A stretch of DNA of 64,000 nucleotides from Neocallimastix sp. 'constans' (Eukaryota): the NCBI GenBank assembly GCA_050613775.1, contig JBODTK010000129.1:124001-188000 (forward strand), written 5' to 3'. Both the position numbers and the translations under genes were made by a program. The number at the start of each line of letters is the position of its first letter. The stretch's first letter is position 1. Under the pieces are notes generated by a model. It searched no databases, was not told the DNA's origin, and was given only the letters and a program-made list of their open reading frames with translations. Shown here one piece after another: positions 16,298 through 26,326 of the stretch.

Positions 16298-17337
16298 ATT
16301 TTTATATGTTAGTTTTCTAATTAATTATATATATTATTCATATTATTTTTCAAAATAATTAATCAATAATTTAAATATATAATTATTTTTTTTATAATAA
16401 TTCTATCTTTATTTTATTATTTTTATTATTATTATTATTATTGTTTGTTTCCAAAAAAGTTATAAATATATATTATTCCAATTTAAAAAAAAAAAAAAAA
16501 AATTACATATCAAAAGAAAAATGAAATCGTACATTTTAACTAAAAGATAAAATTATTTTTTTATGCATTGAAATGATCCTTAGCCAAGAAATTTAATAAA
16601 TATAGAAGACTCTTCTATAAAAGTTTTTACTATATTCCATCATAAATATTTGTATCTAATAAACTTTTTTACTAATATTTTTATAAAATAATAAGAGAAA
16701 TCTTTATCTATTTTTTTTTTTTTATTATTATTTTTTTTGTTGTTATTATTATTAATTGTAGTCTTTAGAAAATATTTATATTAAATATTAAGAATTTCTA
16801 ATTATAGAATATTATTTTAATATAATAAAAAAAAAATAATAAAATTTATTATTTATTTTTTTTATTAATTTATTGGTTTAAGTAAATAATAAAAAAAATT
16901 ACCATATATAGTTCTATTTTAATGTATTAATATATTAGTATAATATATTATTCATATATATAGAATTAATAATAATAAACAAATTCTTATAATATGCGAA
17001 AATAACAATAAAATTATATTAAATATAAATTAATATGGTTAAGAAGAAATGATATTAATTATTTCTTTTTTTTTTTTATTTTATTGCTATTTTTTATTTT
17101 TTATTGCTAATTTATTGTTATTTCTATTTATTAGTTTTATCGCTACTTTTATTATTATTTTATTGCTACTTTTATTTATTATCTTTATTATTATTTTTTA
17201 TTGTTTTTTACATTGTTATTATTATTTAGAAATCAAATTCAAATATAAAAATTTTTATTGATATTAAAAAAACTTTTAAACATTAAAATTTTAATTTATA
17301 TTGCTATTACTATTAATTATTACTTTCATTATATATT

Positions 17338-17533
17338 TATTTATTTATTTATTTATTATTATTTATTATTTATTATTTATTATTTATTATTTATTATTTA
17401 TTATTTATTAGTATTTATTATTTATTATTTATTATTTATTATTTATTATTTATTATTTATTATTTATTATTTATTATTTATTATTTATTATTTATTATTT
17501 ATTATTTATTATTTATTATATATTATTTATTAT
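17338..17533 (+). repeat. (TTTATTA)n heptamer tandem repeat
   Basis: Directly visible; produces the spurious LLFIIYY ORF. Confidence 0.85.
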
Positions 17534-20500
17534 TCGTTATGAATTATTAGTATCTATTATTATTAAATATTATTATTAAATATTATTAAATATTAATTAC
17601 TGTCATTAAAACAATAATTGATAATCTCAAAAAATCAGATATTTAATTTATTTAATATTTCTCATAGCAGTTTCATGATATATGTGTACCAAAAAATTTA
17701 AATTTTGTTAAAATATATACATTTGATAATAAAAGTTTAATCAATTTGATTTGTTGTATTTAATATATAGTTATATTCAATACTATAACTATATTTAATA
17801 TAGTAATATTAATTTTTTTTATTTTTTATTTTAATATTTATGTATTTTGTTTTTATTACTTTTTAATTAAATTTTTATATTTATTAAAAATCTTATTATT
17901 AAGAAAAATAAAGTGTATATTCATTAAAGAAAAATTACTATATATGTAATGTGTGAGTACAAATATTTTTTTTTCGATATTCATTTATAATATTTAAATA
18001 TACAAATAATTTTAAATTTTGAAATTAAAATGTTACAATACAAATAATATCATTTCAAATATTTCCATTTTCTTTATTAATGTAAAATTTTTGTTTCACA
18101 TCACATCATAAAAGCACGTATAAAATAATATTTCTATTTTTCTTTTTTATAAATATTAAAGTTTATCATATTCATATTAGTAATCATATTAATTTAATAT
18201 TAATTTAAATATAGGATATTAATATAAATAAAGTTTATTATATTACAAAAAAGGAAATAAAAATCTATAAACTCTCTGTAAAACAGATATTAATATAATT
18301 AAATTCATTTCTTACTAATATTTGTAATGATTTTTGTATTATAATAGCTTTTGTGATAAAAAATTTTAAATTTGTATTCTATTATATAATATATTAATTT
18401 GTTACAATATTATTATTGTTTTAAATTAATTAAATTGAATAATTAATATCATAGATACTATCATAAAAATAAATTATTATCATAAACTTTATTTTAATTT
18501 TATATAATTTTATGTGTTTTTTCAAACTTTATCTATTATAATTCAAATGATCAGTAAAATAATAAACGATAAACCTATATATCTAAATGATCAAATGATC
18601 AACTGATATAAAAAAAATGAAAATTACATGAGAAAATAAAAAATAAAAAATAATGGTAATAGTAATGGTAATATATTAAATTTTTAAAAAACTACATATT
18701 AATTAATTAATAATTTTATTATATTGTATATTTTATATTATATTGTATAATACTAATACTAATAGAAGTTTTTTTTTTCTCCTGTAAGCATTCTTTTAAT
18801 ATAAAAATTACTAATCTTTCTTTCATTGATTTCATTTATGTTCATTTTATTATTTATATAAAATTATAATTATAATAATTTTACTATACGAATATAAAAA
18901 AAAAAAGTTATTTCAATATATAAATAAATTTATACATACATTTTTAAATTTTGTATATAATGTGTTTGTAACTTTAATAATTATTTTATTTATATAATTT
19001 TTTTTATTTTTTATATTAAAAATTCCCATGATATATAATAAATTGTATAAAAAAATTAATACAAACTTTAATATATTCAATTAATTAAATTTAATAAAGT
19101 CATTATTATTTAAAATACAAGAACGTTAATATTAATATATAATACTAATAATTTAAAATTAAATAATAATTTTTTACGAAACTTTATAATCATTATTATG
19201 ATTTATTTATGAGCCCTCAACAAAAAAAAATAAATAAATAAATAAATAAATAATAAAGACTTAGATTTGTTTCCATTCTAAAAATAAAAATAAATATAAA
19301 ATATAATACAACTAAAAATGAAGAATAAAATAAAATATTTAAATAAAATAATTATATAATTATTATATATTATAAAACCTTTTCATTTAAATATAATCCT
19401 TAATTTAAATTAATATTATATATATTTTTTTTATCTACTTCATCATTAATGAAAGTATATAATACTTCTTTTTATTTTAATATATATATATCTTTTTAAA
19501 AAAAAATTTTTCCTCTTCTTTTTTTTTTACTCTTTTACTTTTTATTTATTTTTTTTTTATTTTTTTTTTTTTTATATTTTCCTATAAAGAGTATAGCAAA
19601 TATTATTTACATAAAAGTTAAAGCAAAAATTTAGTTAACTTTTATTGTTCCTTCTTTTAATTACTATATACTAAAAATCAATATTTTTTATTTCCTTTAC
19701 TATCATATATATTAATTGAATATATTATGTATTATTATATATAATATAAGATATTAAACTTTAATAATAAATAATATATATATTATATATTATATTATAT
19801 GCTTTCTTTATAAAATGGAAGTGTTATTAAATTTGCATTTCCTTTGGTTTCTTAATTATCTCTAATCTTTGTATATATAAATAATAAAATTAAATAATAA
19901 AATAAATTTTTAAATTTGTATTATACATAAATAATTTATTCATATCACCAAATATTAAAAAAATAAATAATAAATAAAGTTTCATACATATATTAACTAT
20001 CTTTTTTATGATATTTAATTAGTTATAATTAATATGTATGTATTTTTTTTATACATAATATATACATATATTTATTTTACTAATGAAACAAAAATTTTCG
20101 AAATAAACTGAATTGAAAATAAAACTATTAATAAACGAACAAATAAAATTAATGTAAATATAACGAATATTAATAATAATAATAATAATAAATTTTATTA
20201 TCAAAAAAAGTTAATACCTCAAAAAATATATATATATACATAGTCTTAATCAATATTAATAATAGAATGGTAAATACTTTTAACCGCCTAGAAAAATTAG
20301 CATATAATTAAATAAAAAAATAAAATAATATAAATAATAATAATAATAAAATATACCAATTTAATTAAATATAGCATTTTTTATAGCAAATCTCCAAACT
20401 AAATATATATATATATATAGATTTAACAAGAATTAAATATAAAACAAAAAATAAAATATTTTTAAAATAAACTAATAAAAGGTATTAATAATAATAATTA

Positions 20501-20854
20501 GCATTAATATTATTATTATATATACAAAAGGTTTTATTAAAATAAATCATGGTTTATTTAATTGAACTTCAAAATAAATGATTATAATAAATATATAATT
20601 ATTAAATCATTAAATATTATTAAAAAATATATAATAAATAATTTTTAAAATTAAGAACATAAAGAAAAAATGTATAATAAAAAAATAGTATAAAACATCA
20701 TTAATTATTAAAATAAAATAAAATAAAAACTATAAAATATTAAAATAAAATACAAAAAATAAAAAAAAGGTATTTATTAAATGTTAATTTATTGACTATA
20801 ATAATTATTGATAAAATGATATATTATAAAAAAAATAACTAAAAAATAAATGAT

Positions 20855-20899
<45 letters not shown>

Positions 20900-21153
20900 T
20901 AATAATTACCTAATTATTAAAATCATCAATTTCATTTTATTCAAAAATAATAATAGTAATAACAGCAATAACAATAATAATAATATTTCCATTTAAATTA
21001 ATTATCATATTTACCATTTTTTTACTACTTAAGTTATTATTATACCATTTATATACATAATATTTATAATAGAATTCTGTCTTTTAAATTAATAAAAATA
21101 TTTTTTTTTATAAATATACATTATTATCATATTTAGATACATAAAAAATAATA

Positions 21154-21194
<41 letters not shown>

Positions 21195-23037
21195 TAATTA
21201 TTCTTATTTAATATTAATTAATAATAATATTCTTGAATTTAATAATTTTCAGTGGTCTACTCTAATATAGTATTAATAATATTATTATTTCAATGCTACC
21301 GTTTTTTTTTATATTATTTGTTAGTATTAATTAATAATAATATTCTTTAATTTTTACATTAATGATAATTATCATATATTTTGCTTATTACTCAAAAAAA
21401 CACTTTTTCATGTAAATTGAATCAAAATTTTCTGGTTTAACATGTTTTATATTCATATATAAAATAAAATAATAATAAAATGTATTATTAATTTAATAAA
21501 TATTTTTATATATATATACTAATAATAATTCCTGAAATGAATAAAATTAATCATAAAAAAATAAAAAAAAAAAAAAAAAAATTATGAAATATTCATAGAA
21601 TAATATATATAATTGTTCATTTTCAATAATAAAATTTAACTTTTATATCTATGTTAGATCAAAAATCTTTTATATAATATATATATAACTTAAATATTAC
21701 TTATATATATTAAATATAAAAAAATTACCTTTTGAAATATTTATTATAAATTTAGTAACAGAAGTAACCATGGATTAATTATACAAATATTAAAAATTTT
21801 ATTTTCAGTAAACCTAAAATTTTTTTTTATAAATGAGAATATTACTAACAAAATTTTGACCTTTTGACCTTACAACTTAGAAAATAATTCTGATAAACTT
21901 ATATAATAAAAATTTATAAATAATTACACTAAAATTAAGTATAAGTAAATATAAAAATAATATTTAAAATTTTTATATTAAATGAATTTCAATTTTTATG
22001 TAAATTTGATTAATATTGATTAATAGATTAATAAGTCTAACTTTCTATTTAGAAATACAATTATATAATTATTAATAAATAATCTATATAATTCTAGTAG
22101 TAATAAAAAAAAAATATATATATATATATATATATTAAATTCAATAATATTATGCTTAATATATAATATAATAAATTATTTTATTATCATAATATCACTA
22201 ATAAAGTACTAATATATATTATTTTAAAGTAGAATTCTAGACTAATTCAATATATATATATATATATATATTATAATCATCACATGTCTTATCTTCTTTA
22301 ACTTTTAATAAATTATTGAACTTAAAGTTCAAAGCTAAGTAATCAACTATTAAAATAATATATATATTATTCAATTTCTACAATGAATTTTAATTTATAT
22401 CTATGTTGAATTAATAATCTTAATTTATCAAACAAAGTAATATAATATATGTAAATGTACAATAGAACAATGCATTAATTAAGAATTTAAAAAATAAACA
22501 GTATAATTTTAATAATAAAAATTATAAACAATAGAAAATTCAGTAAAAATTGTATAGTTAATATAATTAATAAATTATTGGTATAATAATAACATAAATT
22601 AAAAAAAAAAATCATGCTTAATTCAATTTCCAGTAAAGCTAAATGTAATATTAGAGATTATAGTAATAGTATTACCTTTCAAATAATACAACTTTCTTAA
22701 AATAATAACTTTACTTATCCTTTTCAATATAAATCTTTAATTTCAAACTTATTAGTAAAATCATAAAAATTTTAAAATCTTTAAAAGTAAACATGTACTC
22801 ATTATAATCATTTATCTTATCTTATACTAGCATTAAATATATATTCAATATATATACAAATCTTATTCAAATTGCTTTTTATTTTTTTTTTTTTTTTATT
22901 TAACAAAGAACTTCATTACTACTTTGCTTATTAATATTTATAATGAATTCACTAAAATAATTTATTTATTTGAATATATATATATATATATATAAAATGT
23001 TTCATCTTTTTTATTTAATCTTCTTTTTTTTAGTATT

Positions 23038-23044
23038 AAAAAAA
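23038..23044 (-). terminator. RNA polymerase III terminator (T7) of the tRNA gene
   Basis: T7 run on the minus strand 5 nt past the discriminator base. Confidence 0.75.
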
Positions 23045-23049
23045 TTTTC

Positions 23050-23121
23050 CTCCGCACCGGGGAATCGAACCCCGGCCGCCACGGTGAGAGCGTGGAATCC
23101 TAACCACTGGACCAGTGCGGA
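23050..23121 (-). tRNA. tRNA-Glu (anticodon CUC), intronless
   Basis: TCCGCACTGGTCCAGTGGTTAGGATTCCACGCTCTCACCGTGGCGGCCGGGGTTCGATTCCCCGGTGCGGAG: 7-bp acceptor stem, CCACG/CGTGG anticodon stem with CT-CTC-AC loop, intact A and B boxes. Confidence 0.97.
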
Positions 23122-23138
23122 ATAATTGATTGTTATGA

Positions 23139-23634
23139 TGATAAGAATGTACTAAATAATGCATTCTTAATTAAATCTACGATTTATTTCTAATACATTA
23201 TGTGTACATTATTATTTTTGTACTTTAATAAATTTTTAAATCCAAAGATCAAAAATTAAATCAAAAATTATATTAAACTTTATATTTTTATATTAAATCT
23301 TATATTAATAGTAATATTTTTATATATTTAAAACTTATATTAGCAATATTAATAATAAATCTTATTTTTTTTATATTAATAATGAAAATTTATATTAATA
23401 ATATTTTTATATATTGATAATTAAAAATTTATATATTATATTTTAACTTTTTATTATAAAATTTTATATCGAAATGTTTTATTTTATATTGAAAAATATT
23501 TTATTTTATTAAAAACCTTTATATTAGAATAGTATTTTTATTTTTATTTGAGTATTTTAACAGATTGTAATAAAAATTATAGCCAATTAAATAAATTCTT
23601 ATTAGTAATATTTTAGATATTTTTAAATAAATAA

Positions 23635-23730
<96 letters not shown>

Positions 23731-24029
23731 TTTTATTAATATTATAAATGTATTTTATTTATATTGTTATAATTAAATTTTATATAATTAATTATAAAAA
23801 TCAATTTAAATTTAATAGTTTTTAAAAAAAAAAAATAAATAAAATGTAATTTAGTGGCAAGAACAACTTTTATGCCTTGAAAAAAAGTATAAATAGTTGT
23901 AAATTTTGCTACTAATTTTTAAATATCATCAAATAAAATCAAATAAATTTATAAATAAAAATAATAAATAAATAAATAAAATTTGTGTTTCCTTACTTTA
24001 TTTTTATTTAATTCTCTAAAACCTTAACA
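23139..24029 (+). repeat. E1 5' LTR (891 bp)
   Basis: Direct repeat of 30343-31232. Confidence 0.95.
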
Positions 24030-24035
24030 TTTATA

Positions 24036-24053
24036 TGGTGGAGATATCGGGGA
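24036..24053 (+). promoter_or_regulatory. Primer-binding site complementary to the 3' end of a tRNA-Ala (same sequence at 31768, 38553, 47531)
   Basis: TGGTGGAGATATCGGGG(A) is the complement of ...CCCCGAUAUCUCCACCA; U70 and A73 fit tRNA-Ala identity elements. Confidence 0.85.
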
Positions 24054-24720
24054 ATTAAATAGAAATAATAGTAAATAACATAGATTTTTTTTTAATTTTT
24101 TTTTTATTTTATATTGATAAACAAGTAAGTCGTTAATCCTTTGATTAACCCATGGCGCTTGCTTGATATATATATATAAAAAAAATTTTTTTTAAATAAG
24201 TAAAATTAAGATTCTAAAAAAACAAATTTTGTAAAATTATAACAAGGAGCGGATAGAGCTCATACACAGTGTATTCTCAGATAGCAACAAATTAACTCTA
24301 TTCATAGTAGGTTATTGAATAGTAGTTAATTTGGAGATTAATTGGAAAGTAGACGAAGGTATTTGGTTACCGACCCGGTAATAATAGTTCAACCTTCAAC
24401 GTTTCAACACACGAAGGTGCGGGTACTTTCCAAGCACTGGCGAATAAGGAGCTTACGTCACCGAAGGCGTAAGATTGTTTTTTTTATATAATTTTTTTTA
24501 CTTTTCTTTGTGCTAGTTATAAGGCACTTTATTATTTAAAGTATCAGACTTTGGCTAACTTCGCCATTTAAATTTTTTTTATTTTTTTTTATTACTGGTA
24601 CTTTATTTGTTATATAATTCCTGTAATAGAATCTTAATTTACTTTGAAAATATTGTGTTTTTAGTTAATTTTTATTAGTTAATAAAAATATTATTGAATA
24701 CTTTTAAAATTTTTTTATTC

Positions 24721-24880
24721 CGTACATAGATTATCGGATTAAGTTTATCCTACATAGTAATTGGGCTAGTGGGCTCTGAACTGCTATATTTTATATTGAA
24801 TATAGTAATCGTGGCACACGCGTGGCATGACACCATTAGGTAAGCTGCACGTCAGACAGTGTGTACTATCAGATTGTACG
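24721..24880 (+). ncRNA. Conserved structured leader RNA, module A (E1 copy), function unknown
   Basis: Homologous to 47605-47766 with several compensatory base-pair changes. Confidence 0.7.
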
Positions 24881-25420
24881 ACAATAAAGATTATTTTTTT
24901 GTATTTAATAATTATAATTAATTAATAATTTTATTAGCTATAACAATACAATATTTATCGTTTAAAAAGAAAAATTTTTGAAAGGTGAAAATAATAAATA
25001 AAACTTTGCTTCTAAATTTATTACTACAAATATACTAAATTACAAAATTCAAGTGGTCGATAAAGATTTCGAGCTTGAAAAATATTCTATTAAGTTGTCG
25101 ATAAAGATTTCGAACTTAAAATTATTCTATTAAGTTGTCGATAAAGATTTCGAACTTAAAATTATTCTTAAAAAAGTAGTCGAAAAGAACCTCGTGCTTT
25201 ATAATTTCTACTAAGTTGTCGATAAGGATTTCGAGCTTATACTTACTAAAGAAAGCAAATAAAATTATTATTTTCAAAAATTACTAAGATATACTGTTTT
25301 AAAATTTGATTCGATATTAAATTACTTGTTAAATTATATTTTTAAAGTTGGACTTTCAAATTTATTCGTATTTAATAACCTCGTTAATTTACAATAAAAA
25401 AATTATTAACTAAAAACGAA

Positions 25421-26326
25421 ATGTCTACTAAAAGTACTTTAAGTTTTAAAGAATTAAAGAAAGAATTACGAGACATAGTGAAGCTTAGCAAGGACAATTT
25501 AGATATAAAGTCCTGGGCTACTGAATTAAAACTTTGGATCAAGATACAAGGTATCACAGATCCGGAAACAATATTTAATGCTTGTTTACTTACCAGCTCT
25601 GGTGAAGTACAACGCGTTATTGAAGATTTGGGAGAAGATAGTGATGATGAAAGTGATGATTCATCAGATGAAGAAGAAGATGATGAAGAAGAAAATGTTG
25701 ATGATGATAAATTTCCTTCTCTTGAAAAAATTATTTCAAGTCTTGAAAATTTTTACGGTATTAAAGAAGACCAAAATTTACTTCTTAAAGAACTTCGTGC
25801 AATGCGAATTAAAAGAAACGAAAAGATTAAAGACTTTAATGTAAGATATAGAACTTTGTACACTAAACTTGATAAAAAGAGAAGAAAGCGCATTGGTGTA
25901 CTAGATTATATTGACTCTATTCAAAATAATTATGAAGCCTGGAAGAAATTATCCCTTAAAGATGATATAAGTATGGAGAAAGCTTTCAAAATTGCCGAGA
26001 AAGTAGATAGACTTTCTGTAAGGAACAATAATATTAATACCTATAATGTTAATAATTCCCAGCATAATCAAAATAATCAAAACAGTACTACTTCAAGACT
26101 TTATCCTAAAAGAAGAAACGAAACTTTCCAAACAAGTCAAACAAATAATAAACTGAAACCTCAAGATATTATAGAAGAATCAACCCAGAAAATGAGAAAT
26201 TTATCTGTTAAAACTTGCTTCTTCTGTAAGGAAGAAGGTCATTACTCATACTATTGCCCTCAATTAAATAAGATTATGGAAAAAAATAAAAAAGAAATAT
26301 ATTCCAAAAAGTCTTTAAACTTCTAA
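25421..26326 (+). CDS. gag: E1 Gag with CCHC zinc knuckle
   Basis: 301-aa ORF; CFFCKEEGHYSYYC; homologous to the E4 and E5 Gags. Confidence 0.93.
   Translation: MSTKSTLSFKELKKELRDIVKLSKDNLDIKSWATELKLWIKIQGITDPETIFNACLLTSSGEVQRVIEDLGEDSDDESDDSSDEEEDDEEENVDDDKFPSLEKIISSLENFYGIKEDQNLLLKELRAMRIKRNEKIKDFNVRYRTLYTKLDKKRRKRIGVLDYIDSIQNNYEAWKKLSLKDDISMEKAFKIAEKVDRLSVRNNNINTYNVNNSQHNQNNQNSTTSRLYPKRRNETFQTSQTNNKLKPQDIIEESTQKMRNLSVKTCFFCKEEGHYSYYCPQLNKIMEKNKKEIYSKKSLNF

Noticed and set aside
7213..17542. Short Ile/Phe/Tyr-rich ORFs (7213, 11658-13305, 17049, 17258) and similar ones at 31407, 33954 and 35236-35573
   Set aside because: Shadows of AAT repeats, homopolymers or LTR sequence; no coding signature.
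25048..25239. CRISPR-like repeats with spacers
   Set aside because: Spacers are short and partly duplicated, there are no cas genes, and the context is a eukaryotic retroelement leader; better explained as tandem hairpins.
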